Shown here piece after piece: positions 9,590 through 19,824 of a stretch of DNA of 64,000 nucleotides. Made by a program: the position numbers and the translations under genes. Under the pieces are notes generated by a model, which did not search any database, was not told where the DNA came from, and saw nothing but the letters and a program-made list of their open reading frames with translations. Within the stretch, counting starts at the first letter, position 1. The number at the start of each line of letters is the position of its first letter. Source of the DNA: Alphaproteobacteria bacterium (GTDB lineage Bacteria; Pseudomonadota; Alphaproteobacteria; G965222575); contig OZ244958.1 of NCBI GenBank assembly GCA_965222575.1, positions 576,001-640,000 of the forward strand, in the 5' to 3' direction.

Positions 9590-10870
9590 TTTCAGGGATA
9601 GTTGGGAAAACAGGGTCTATTATTATCAGCACTTTTCGGGGTTATGTGCGCAAAGCGGAGAGACTTTTTCGGGGATAGTAGTGAAAACGCCTCACCCGAG
9701 GGTTCACCCCGCGCGGGTCTTTATTTTGTGTCTACAGGAGGAAGCCGCATTGTCAGGGATAGTAGTGAAAACGCCTCACCCGAGGGTTCACCCCGCGCCG
9801 GAAAACGGTATAGTTTGTGTCTACAGAAGAGAGTCCGCATTGTCAGGGATAGTAGTGAAAACGCCTCACCCGAGGGTTCACCCCGCGCCGTCTTTATTTT
9901 GTGTCTACAGGAGGAAGCCGCATTGTCAGGGATAGTAGTGAAAACGCCTCACCCGAGGGTTCACCCCGCGCCGTCTTTATTTTGTGTCTACAGGAGGAGT
10001 CCGCATTGTCAGGGATAGTAGTGAAAACGCCTCACCCGAGGGTTCACCCGCGCCGTCTTTATTTTGTGTCTACGCATTGACGGAGGAACGTAACTAGGTG
10101 AAAAGCTTCACCCGAGGGTTCACCCTTGCGTTTGCGGCCGTCTTTATTTTGTGTCTACAGGAGGAGCCCGCATTGTCAGGGATAATGAAAACGCAGGGTC
10201 TCTCAGTACCGAGGGTTCACCCCGCGCGGGTCTTTATTTTGTGTCTACAGGAGGAGAGCCGCATTGTCAGGGATAGTAGTGAAAACGGCCTCACCCGAGG
10301 GTTCACCCGCGCCGTCTTTATTTTGTGTCTACAGGAGGAAGCCCGCATTGTTCAAAGGCCCTACTTTTTGGGGTTAGTGAAAACGCCTGCGGATCGGGGC
10401 GAGCCGTTATTCAGTCTGCTTTGATTGATTGTGTCGATCACAAGTCGGTAGCTTTTTCAGGGATAGTAGTGAAAACGCCTCACCCGAGGGTTCACCCCGC
10501 GCCGTCTTTATTTTGTGTCTACAGGAGAAACCCGCATTGTCAGGGGTAGGGAAAACGGCTCACCCGAGGGTTCACCTCGTAGCCGTCTTTATTTTGTGTC
10601 TACAGAGGAGGAGCTCCCGCATTGTCAGGGTTAGTTGGGAAAACGGCTTGTCACCCGAGGGTTCAGGCCCTCGGGGTCTTTAGTGCTACGACTGGCAAGG
10701 GAAACCCGCACACAGGATATCGTGAGCGGGGATATCAACGTACCATCGTCATCGAGGGTTCACCCGAAATTGCGGGTCTTTATTTTGTGTCTACAGAAGG
10801 AGCACTCCGCATTTTCAGGGATAAGTTGGGAAAACAGGGCTATTATCGGTACAGCTACTTTTCGCAACGG
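9590..10870. repeat. Tandem array of ~83-bp units (~13-14 copies; regular on the left, indel-ridden on the right)
   Basis: Unit GGGATAGTAGTGAAAACGCCTCACCCGAGGGTTCACCCCGCGCCGTCTTTATTTTGTGTCTACAGGAGGAAGCCGCATTGTCA; TGTCAGGGAT recurs at 9841, 9924 and 10007 (83-bp period). Confidence 0.92.
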
Positions 10871-10992
10871 GTTAGGAATTCCACAAAAAACGTCGAAAGG
10901 CTTTTTCAGGTGTAATGGCGAAAAATGAATACTACTCCCTATGCATTGCGCAGTGACGGCAAAGACTGCTCATCAGCACTTTGGAATAAGAA

Positions 10993-12749
<1,757 letters not shown>

Positions 12750-12760
12750 AAAAATACAAT

Positions 12761-12804
12761 GTCAAAGAATTAAATAGACCTCGTCAAAGAACTAAATAGA
12801 CCTC
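12761..12804 (-). promoter_or_regulatory. 22-bp tandem duplication in the rRNA leader; each copy has a boxA-like TTCTTTGAC
   Basis: GTCAAAGAATTAAATAGACCTC followed by GTCAAAGAACTAAATAGACCTC on the + strand. Confidence 0.65.
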
Positions 12805-12805
12805 C

Positions 12806-12834
12806 ATCCTACTTGAGAACCCTTGGGGATGCAA
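12806..12834 (-). promoter_or_regulatory. Putative 16S rRNA promoter
   Basis: Minus strand TTGCAT-N17-TAGGAT upstream of the boxA-like elements. Confidence 0.65.
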
Positions 12835-12966
12835 GACTTATTTAGAGGTTTCTTTTAACCCAATCCTCACCCCCTGTTTCTCCATTTTCTATAGGAAACC
12901 CCAACAAAAACTGCTATACTTACACCACTCGCCACCAGGGAAAATCCTTATGATAGAGAAAGTCTA

Positions 12967-13956
12967 ATGCCTGATACTCACTCTTCTCCTTTGCTTATGC
13001 GCCCCTCCTCTTTAGAAAAATTTGTGGGACAAAAAACCCTCGTGCAGAACCTCACCGTTTTTATTCAGGCCGCATTAGGGCGGCAAGAAACCCTAGACCA
13101 TTGCCTCTTTTCAGGCCCACCAGGACTCGGAAAAACTACTATTGCACGCCTCATTGCAAGAGAAATGGGCGCTAATCTTTGCTCCACCGCAGGCCCAACC
13201 CTCTCTCATAGCGGTGACCTTGCCTCCCTCCTGACAAACCTCCAACCCAATGATATCCTCTTCATTGATGAAATCCACCGACTCCCTCCAGCTGTGGAAG
13301 AAACACTCTATCCTGCCATGGAGGATTGTAAACTTGATATTCTGATAGGAGAAGGCCCTACGGCAAGAAGTCTGTCTATTGATCTCCCCCCTTTCACCTT
13401 AGTAGGGGCTACCACAAGAAGCGGCTTGTTGACCTCTCCTTTTAGAGAACGCTTCGGCATTGCCTTTGCCCTCTATTACTATAGCACTGATGAACTCGAA
13501 GAGATTCTGAAAAACAGCGCGCAAGCCTTAAGCATTGCTATTGATGAAGATGCCCTTTTCACCCTAGCGAAACGTAGCCGTGGCACGCCGCGGAGAGCGT
13601 TGAGACTCTTAAGGCGGGTGAGAGATTTTTCCGAAACCATGAAGGAGAATTCTATCTCAAAAATCACCACTGAAAAATCCTTAGAAAGCATGAAAATTGA
13701 TACCCTAGGACTTGAGATTTTAGACCAACGGTATCTGTCGGTCTTGCATAAACAATTTCGCGGGGGGCCCGTGGGACTTGACACCCTCTCCACTGTTTTG
13801 TCAGAACCAAAAGATGTTATTGAAGATGTCATTGAACCCTTTCTTCTCCAACAGAGCCTCATCCATAAAACGCCGCGAGGACGCCTCTTAACGCGCGGCG
13901 GCTTTGCACACCTAGGGGCTAGACCAACAGCACAGATTTTATCCTTGAAACTGTAA
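12967..13956 (+). CDS. ruvB: Holliday junction branch migration helicase RuvB
   Basis: GPPGLGKTT, LFIDEIHRL, FTLVGATTRSG and SRGTPR motifs. Confidence 0.97.
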   Translation: MPDTHSSPLLMRPSSLEKFVGQKTLVQNLTVFIQAALGRQETLDHCLFSGPPGLGKTTIARLIAREMGANLCSTAGPTLSHSGDLASLLTNLQPNDILFIDEIHRLPPAVEETLYPAMEDCKLDILIGEGPTARSLSIDLPPFTLVGATTRSGLLTSPFRERFGIAFALYYYSTDELEEILKNSAQALSIAIDEDALFTLAKRSRGTPRRALRLLRRVRDFSETMKENSISKITTEKSLESMKIDTLGLEILDQRYLSVLHKQFRGGPVGLDTLSTVLSEPKDVIEDVIEPFLLQQSLIHKTPRGRLLTRGGFAHLGARPTAQILSLKL

Positions 13957-14408
13957 TGCCCTCACTCGGTAAGCTCCACAATAAAGAACACACCTTTACA
14001 CTCAGAGTCTTCTGGGAAGATACAGATGCTAGCGGGCGGGTTTATCATGCGAACTACTTGAAATTCGCTGAACGGGCGCGGTCTGCTTTCCTAACGCTTA
14101 TGGGACTTAATCAACAAGACTTAATGAAAACACAGCATATTGCTATTGTTGTGAAAGAGTGCCATATCTCTTATCATAAAGGGGCACTCCTGTTGGACAC
14201 CCTCTTGGTACGCACGCGCCTCTCACAGCTCAAAGGGGCTACCGTTACCCTCTTGCAAACCATCCTCTGTGGTGAAGCCCCCGTTGCCGACTTGACAGTA
14301 AAACTAGCATTCCTGAAAAAAGAAACCCCATGCCGTGTTCCTCCTGCCATCAAGAGTTTCTTAACAACTTCATTGACATGCTTTTTTCTTTATCTTACAA
14401 TCCTTTAA
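13956..14408 (+). CDS. ybgC: Tol-pal-associated acyl-CoA thioesterase
   Basis: RVFWEDTDASGRVYHANYLKFAERAR; located between ruvB and tolQ. Confidence 0.9.
   Translation: MPSLGKLHNKEHTFTLRVFWEDTDASGRVYHANYLKFAERARSAFLTLMGLNQQDLMKTQHIAIVVKECHISYHKGALLLDTLLVRTRLSQLKGATVTLLQTILCGEAPVADLTVKLAFLKKETPCRVPPAIKSFLTTSLTCFFLYLTIL
14373..14401 (+). promoter_or_regulatory. Near-consensus sigma70 promoter for tolQRA
   Basis: TTGACA-N17-TACAAT at the 3' end of ybgC. Confidence 0.7.
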
Positions 14409-14416
14409 GACTTTGA

Positions 14417-14462
14417 GAGGTGCCTCGAGAGGGTCCTCAAGAGGTTCCTCAAGAGGTCACTC
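14417..14462. repeat. Four GAGGNNCCTC palindromes at a 12-bp period
   Basis: GAGGTGCCTC 14417, GAGGGTCCTC 14429, GAGGTTCCTC 14441, GAGGTCACTC 14453 (last one imperfect). Confidence 0.8.
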
Positions 14463-14538
14463 TCACAAAGTGGTCATCACCACTGGAATGTTGATGACTG
14501 AACAGAGTGCTTAATCATTAATTTTAACTAAAAAATAT

Positions 14539-15165
14539 TTGAACGGTATGGCATACGATCACACGATTTGGGGTATGTTTTTGCAATCTACCTTTATGGT
14601 CAAGGGGATTTTGATTTTTCTTTTTATCTTATCCATTTGGACATGGGCTATTATTATGGAAAGATTGGTATTTTTCTTTCTTTTAAACAGGCGTAATAAG
14701 AGCTTTATGAAGGAGTTCACACTGTCGAGGATTGCCTCTTATGACAAGATTAGCTGGAAGAGTCCCTATGAACGGTTAGTGGTGGAGGCTTTATCGGCTT
14801 CTAAAGGGAAAGAGGCGACTGCGGATAGTGTTTGGGCTAGTTTGGATTACAGTATCAATACAGAGGCCTTGCGGGTGAAGAAGAATGCTACTGTGTTGGC
14901 GATTGTTTCGTCTGCGGCGCCTTTTATTGGGTTGTTAGGCACGGTGTGGGGGGTGATGAATACCTTTACGGCTATGGCGGTCTCTGAGTCGGCAGCTTTA
15001 GCTGTGGTGGCACCTGGTATTGCGGAAGCTTTATTTGCTACGGGGGTTGGGTTATTTGCTGCTATTCCTGCTAGTATTGGGTATAATACGCTCACATCAC
15101 GGTCTGCTGCGTTTAGGATGAAACTAGAGCATTTCGCAGACGAGATTGTCAAAAGAGTCGCGTGA
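14539..15165 (+). CDS. tolQ: TolQ (MotA/TolQ/ExbB proton channel)
   Basis: APFIGLLGTVWGVM and VVAPGIAEALFATGVGLFAAIPA motifs. Confidence 0.93.
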   Translation: MNGMAYDHTIWGMFLQSTFMVKGILIFLFILSIWTWAIIMERLVFFFLLNRRNKSFMKEFTLSRIASYDKISWKSPYERLVVEALSASKGKEATADSVWASLDYSINTEALRVKKNATVLAIVSSAAPFIGLLGTVWGVMNTFTAMAVSESAALAVVAPGIAEALFATGVGLFAAIPASIGYNTLTSRSAAFRMKLEHFADEIVKRVA

Positions 15166-15171
15166 AGCCAC

Positions 15172-15627
15172 ATGGCTTTTTCACTATCCTCACAGAGTAA
15201 CGGTCAAAAAAGTAAAAGGCGATTCTCTACCCCTGCATCAGCATTGGATGACAGCATTAATGTCACACCTTTTGTGGATGTTTTGCTGGTTTTGCTGGTG
15301 ATTTTTATCCTAACGGCGCAATTTATTAACCAAGGTGTTGATGTTTCTCTTCCTAAGACTAAGGCTCAGGACATTGCCGAGATTGATAACAATGTTGCTA
15401 TTTCTTATAAGGCGGATGGCACGTTATATCTGAATGACAAACGGATATTGTTGGACAATTTAGCCTCTGCTATGGAGCCATATTTTCCGGAGAAGGAGAC
15501 GATTCCCCTTTTGTTGAGAGCTGATGAAACGCTGGATTATGGAGACGTGATGATTGTAGTTGCTCGCCTTAATCGTTTAGGGTTCAAAAGGATGGTGTTT
15601 TTAACGGATGACACAAAGGAAAAGTAA
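15172..15627 (+). CDS. tolR: TolR/ExbD
   Basis: INVTPFVDVLLVLLVIF and LRADETLDYGDVM motifs. Confidence 0.92.
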   Translation: MAFSLSSQSNGQKSKRRFSTPASALDDSINVTPFVDVLLVLLVIFILTAQFINQGVDVSLPKTKAQDIAEIDNNVAISYKADGTLYLNDKRILLDNLASAMEPYFPEKETIPLLLRADETLDYGDVMIVVARLNRLGFKRMVFLTDDTKEK

Positions 15628-15730
15628 CCTTTTATTCCTTTTATTTTTTAGGAGTGAGGGGGTCTTATTGGGGGGATTTTTCTGGAAGGGAGTTGCGGTT
15701 GTGGGCAGTTCTTATTAAGGTGTGCACTTT

Positions 15731-16624
15731 ATGCAATTTTCTACTGTGAAAGAAAGGCTAAAAGGGTGGTGGGAAAGTCTGTATCAGCGGGGGCGTGCGT
15801 CGTGGCCGTATATTGTTTCCTTTTTGATTCACCTTTTTCTTATACTACTTTTTATGGGGTCTGGTGTTGGTGGGAAGTTTGAAGGGCCTCTTAAGGTGGA
15901 GGGTTTTTTTCTAGAAGAGGAGCCTGAAGGTCCAGAAGAGGAGCCGAAGGAGGAGGAGCAAAAGGGCCCGGAGGAAGAGGAGGCCCCTGTGCCGCCACAA
16001 GCCCCTCCGAAGCCGACACCGGACTTAGTGCCGGAACCGCCACCGCCACCTCCGTTGCCTAAGCCGGAGGTACCGCCACCGCCGCCTGATTTAGAACCTG
16101 TGCCGGAAGAAGACCCGGATGCTATTCCTATACCGGAGGAAGAGCCTACAGACGAGCAACCGGAAGAGGAGAGGCCGGAAGAAGAGCAACCGGAAGAGGA
16201 GAGGCCGGAAGAGGAGGAACCGGAAGAGGAGAGGCTGGAAGAGGAGCCTTTAGAAGAAGAAGTGCCTGAATCTGAGCCTGCACCGGATGCTGAACTACCG
16301 GAAGAAGAGCTCACGCCAGAAGAGCAGGTATTAGCGCATATCAAAGCGCACTGGAAGTGGCCAGCAGGGGTGAAAAAAAGTCTGTTGCAGTATGTGACTA
16401 TTATCTGTAGGATTACCCTCACGCAAGGAATGGACTTTGTGGCAATTGATGAGATTGACATCAAGCCACCGGAAGACTCTGAGATTACGCAAGATATGTT
16501 GGTCTCTTTATATGAGAGTGTTGAGAAGACCTTTCATTTAGCGTCTCCTTTGCCTAATTTTCCTGATGTTTATGAGAAATCTGGTAATTACTATAGCTTA
16601 AAGATGCGTATGTTGTTTTATTAA
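15731..16624 (+). CDS. tolA: TolA/TonB-like energy transducer with a Pro/Glu-rich linker
   Basis: TM helix with SxxxH (SFLIHL), P/E-rich linker and globular C-terminus; follows tolQR. Confidence 0.7.
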   Translation: MQFSTVKERLKGWWESLYQRGRASWPYIVSFLIHLFLILLFMGSGVGGKFEGPLKVEGFFLEEEPEGPEEEPKEEEQKGPEEEEAPVPPQAPPKPTPDLVPEPPPPPPLPKPEVPPPPPDLEPVPEEDPDAIPIPEEEPTDEQPEEERPEEEQPEEERPEEEEPEEERLEEEPLEEEVPESEPAPDAELPEEELTPEEQVLAHIKAHWKWPAGVKKSLLQYVTIICRITLTQGMDFVAIDEIDIKPPEDSEITQDMLVSLYESVEKTFHLASPLPNFPDVYEKSGNYYSLKMRMLFY

Positions 16625-16701
16625 GGTTGAGGCGTGGGGGTTTTCTGGGAGTTTTGAGAGAGAGGGTTTTTTTCGTAGGGTCTTTATAGTAGAGTATTTT
16701 G

Positions 16702-16775
16702 GGGTCTGTAGCTCAGTTGGTGAGAGTGCGCGCCTGATAAGCGTGAGGTCGGGTGTTCGAGTCACCCCAGACCCA
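16702..16775 (+). tRNA. tRNA-Ile(GAT), CCA not encoded
   Basis: GGGTCTGTAGCTCAGTTGG..CCTGATAAG..GTTCGAGTCACCCCAGACCCA. Confidence 0.96.
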
Positions 16776-16882
16776 CTGGTTTGCTGTGGGGTTGAGATGA
16801 GTTAGGAATGTCTTGTTGACTGAGATATGCGGTTGGTATTTGGGTTTTTATTTTGTTATTATAGGGCTTGTGTTGACGCATT

Positions 16883-16958
16883 GGGGGTGTAGCTCAATTG
16901 GTAGAGCGCCTGTTTTGCAAGCAGGAGGTCGTCGGTTCGATTCCGTCCACCTCCACCA
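16883..16958 (+). tRNA. tRNA-Ala(TGC)
   Basis: GGGGGTGTAGCTCAATTGG..TTTGCAA..GGTTCGATTCCGTCCACCTCCACCA. Confidence 0.97.
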
Positions 16959-17235
16959 GTGTTAGTGTATGTGTGTGGAGAGACGGATGAAAATGTCCAA
17001 TGGAGACGCTATTGATGTCCAAAATTAGAGCAGGCGCACAAGCCGAGATACCCCCACTACTGGACTAGGTATTGACAATGAGGGGAAAAGCTTATATCTT
17101 AGGGGTATTCGCGCTTTCGCGGGCGTGTCACATGGAAACGAAATATATCGTATCCTTGTAATCAAATACGAAGCCTTGGTGTCCACAAAACCTCCAAGGC
17201 TTTGTATCGTTATTGGGCAAGCTACAGCTTACGTA

Positions 17236-17658
17236 CTAATCTTCTGTCTTATTGAGCGCTGTTTCTAGGATTTTGATTATATCCTTATTGCCTCCTTTAA
17301 CCGCTAACTGAAGCGGTGTTAAGCCGTCCTTATCCTGTACCTTCACAGAAGCCCCCTTCTCCACTAGGAACGCTACTACCTCCTTGTGCCCCCCCTCAAT
17401 AGCTTTTTTCAGCGGTGAGTCCGCGAAAGAACTCCCATTGATGTTTGCTCCCTCCCCTATGAATTTTTTTATAGCCGCTAAATCTCCACTTTTAGCCGCC
17501 GCTTGGATTGCAGAGGTAAGGTTATCAATATCAATACCCGTTTGCTCTTTGACGATTTGTTTGAGCAGTGAGTCTAAAATTCCTGCCTTAGCAGGGGGAT
17601 GAAAACTAAGGGCTATGATTACACCCAAAGCACTGAGTATCATTAGCTTTTTCATCAT
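17236..17658 (-). CDS. Small secreted ankyrin-repeat protein
   Basis: Signal peptide MMKKLMILSALGVIIALSFHPPAKA; about three ankyrin repeats. Confidence 0.9.
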   Translation of the reverse strand: MMKKLMILSALGVIIALSFHPPAKAGILDSLLKQIVKEQTGIDIDNLTSAIQAAAKSGDLAAIKKFIGEGANINGSSFADSPLKKAIEGGHKEVVAFLVEKGASVKVQDKDGLTPLQLAVKGGNKDIIKILETALNKTED

Positions 17659-17728
17659 GTTAATACCCTTTAATCATCATAAATATACTATAAAGCTATA
17701 AAGCGTGCTTGGCAACACACTTTGTTAT

Positions 17729-18136
17729 TTACCATTCGCCCATGGAGGCAACGACACGACCTACAATAGCAATGTCTTGTCCCTCGTAATCAGGCTCTAA
17801 CATAAAAGGCTTGTAATCAGGATTGCTAGAACTTGCCTCTAAGCGTCCGCCCGGAAGTCGTTGGATGTTTTTGACAAGTAATTCGTTGCCTATTCTGAGG
17901 ACATACATTTTCGCATTGATTAAAGGGTCAGCCCCGCCCCGATCCACTAAAATGAAATCTCCCTCCCGCAGGCGAGGTTCCATAGAATTTCCTATGGCAT
18001 CAATAACTCCTAAATTACCAGAAGATACCCCTTTGTTTTTCAACCATCTACGAGAAAACGCGTATTCGTGTGTCTTGGTCTCTAGCCTTTCTCCAATTTC
18101 CTTCTTCATGTAGGTGTTTTTGAGAAATTGTCTCAA
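17729..18136 (-). pseudogene. Phage CI/LexA-type repressor: S24 peptidase domain only, HTH missing
   Basis: GNSMEPRLREGDFILVD, LLVKNIQ and IVGRVV motifs; no N-terminal HTH. Confidence 0.8.
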
Positions 18137-18303
18137 TTGTTATTGACAAAAGGAAATAAATGGGGTGCCCACTAGTGGGTTCCTCACGCAGAAAAAGACG
18201 TGATGAAATGATACACTCCAAACAACACGGCTTATTTGGAGCAGAGAGCGGACTTTGGCAGGGATTCCGTACCCGTAGGGTCGTCACTCCCGACTATCAT
18301 TGT

Positions 18304-18497
18304 GTTTATTGTATACGGACTTCAGGCAAAATACAAGACAAAGTGAATAGTTTTTTGTCCTAAGAGGGGGGGAGGTGCAGAAGGTATTGGTGATGTTAGC
18401 AAGACATTTTAAGTGGCAACCCAGTGAGATTAAGGCACTCTCTTGCCGTGAGGCCGTACTTTACGCAAATAAAATTGTTAAGGTTTTGAAAAAATGA
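18304..18497 (+). pseudogene. P2-like tail assembly chaperone 3' remnant with a gpE/gpE' -1 frameshift site
   Basis: ..KIQDKVNSFLS* ends on TTTTTTG (18351-18357); the -1 frame reads FVLRGGEVQKVLVMLARHFKWQPSEIKALSCREAVLYANKIVKVLKK*. Confidence 0.7.
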
Positions 18498-18501
18498 CTG
18501 C

Positions 18502-18798
18502 TCAAAGAGGCATATATTTCAGCATTCCCCAGCTTTCTTTGAAGAGGCATTTTGCATCGTATGCGTTGCTTTGGGCAAGAGTTAAGGCACGGGCTTTTTT
18601 GGAGGGGTTGGAGGCGGTGAGAACAAGCAAGATACACACTTTGGATAAACCCCAAGCGAGTCCTGCGAGTACCATTAGGAGTATGCATAGTCCTACTGTG
18701 AATAGCACTACGGCAGATAGGGCTATGACCATAAGGATTAACGCAAGACCTAAGAAGAAGATTCCGTAAGCAATGCTAGCAAGAAGGGTATCAATCAT
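18502..18798 (-). CDS. Hypothetical membrane protein (phage moron-like)
   Basis: Long hydrophobic N-terminal region; antisense to the tail genes. Confidence 0.5.
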   Translation of the reverse strand: MIDTLLASIAYGIFFLGLALILMVIALSAVVLFTVGLCILLMVLAGLAWGLSKVCILLVLTASNPSKKARALTLAQSNAYDAKCLFKESWGMLKYMPL

Positions 18799-18807
18799 AT
18801 GTCATCT

Positions 18808-19326
18808 CTAGGGAGTACAGTGCTTGCCGTGAGGCTTTAGGGTACTTGAGCTTATTGTGCGATGATTACAAAAAGACACCACTGGTGGGACTATGAGGCA
18901 GACTTCCAAGAGCACCCATAAGACTTTACACCAAACAGGAGGGGATTTTTCTTCTTCTCCCGGCATTCTCTCAATGAGCCAATTGCTCCAATCAGCTAAC
19001 GCGAAATCGGTTAACAAGTCAACAGCCCCCCAGATGATGATACCGAGGGGAATAGAAGCTAGGAAGAAAGTCATGAGCCACCAAATGGCCATTTCCCATA
19101 GTTGCAGGTTCATGGAAATGCCCGCCCACAAGGTTGTAATGGTGGGAATGACAAAGAGACTAACAACTGCCGCTATACCAATGAGGGCAATAATGAGACT
19201 TGCGATTATAAGAATAAGGCTAATGAGTGCTATTACACATTGGCCAAAGAGCTTTCCCCGTCCTAAAGCGTGTGCGAGGTAAAAAGAGATGGCGGATGCA
19301 GGGAGTTTAGGATTAGGGTTTGTCAT
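18808..19326 (-). CDS. Hypothetical multi-pass membrane protein (phage moron-like)
   Basis: Three to four hydrophobic segments; MTNP start shared with 19414..19824. Confidence 0.6.
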   Translation of the reverse strand: MTNPNPKLPASAISFYLAHALGRGKLFGQCVIALISLILIIASLIIALIGIAAVVSLFVIPTITTLWAGISMNLQLWEMAIWWLMTFFLASIPLGIIIWGAVDLLTDFALADWSNWLIERMPGEEEKSPPVWCKVLWVLLEVCLIVPPVVSFCNHRTISSSTLKPHGKHCTP

Positions 19327-19363
19327 AGGAGCAAGTCTGAGTAGTGGTTATCATAGCACTTAA
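19289..19363 (+). pseudogene. Tape-measure protein N-terminal fragment (copy A)
   Basis: GAGGT RBS, then MADAGSLGLGFVIGASLSSGYHST*, homologous to the start of 19793..20044. Confidence 0.55.
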
Positions 19364-19413
19364 GACAGGCTTTAGCTTAGGGGAAATCAAGAGTCTTCCC
19401 ATTGAGGAGGCGC

Positions 19414-19824
19414 TTAAGTATTGGAAGAGTATTTGCGAGATTTTAAGACGTGAAAGAGGAGTGGGAAGATGAGAGTGAGTTCACTGAGGAAATACAGAGT
19501 GTATCCCGTGAGGTATCGCACAGAGTATGGTTGGGCAGGTTTCATGGCTTTTTCCCAATCCACTCCAAATAGGAGAGCGATAGCATGGACACTCAAGCCA
19601 GTGATAATTATCATAAATAGAAAGCTTACGCCCCCGATGACAATTTTTGTAGGCAGGCTTTCGTCTGCGATGAACATTGTACAAATGGGCAAGAACACCA
19701 CAAGTCCGCCAAGGATAATGATATATAGAATAACAGTGGTAGCTTTCCCTACTAGGTCTGCGCGCTTTTTCAGTCCCGTGAGGTAAGACGGCATGTCGGA
19801 AGTTGGTCGTTTAGGGTTAGTCAT
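19414..19824 (-). CDS. Hypothetical multi-pass membrane protein, paralogous to 18808..19326
   Basis: Three hydrophobic segments; C-terminal LYFLSELTLIFP resembles LWVLLEVCLIVP. Confidence 0.6.
   Translation of the reverse strand: MTNPKRPTSDMPSYLTGLKKRADLVGKATTVILYIIILGGLVVFLPICTMFIADESLPTKIVIGGVSFLFMIIITGLSVHAIALLFGVDWEKAMKPAQPYSVRYLTGYTLYFLSELTLIFPLLFHVLKSRKYSSNT

Noticed and set aside
9590-10870. CRISPR array interpretation of the 83-bp repeats
   Set aside because: Whole units repeat, there are no unique spacers, and there are no cas genes in the window
9570-10928. Overlapping ORFs in several frames across the repeat array
   Set aside because: The 83-bp period is not a multiple of 3; the ORFs just cycle through frames of the same unit
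15829-16464. Ser/Gly-rich 211-aa minus-strand ORF
   Set aside because: Antisense shadow of the Glu/Pro repeats in tolA
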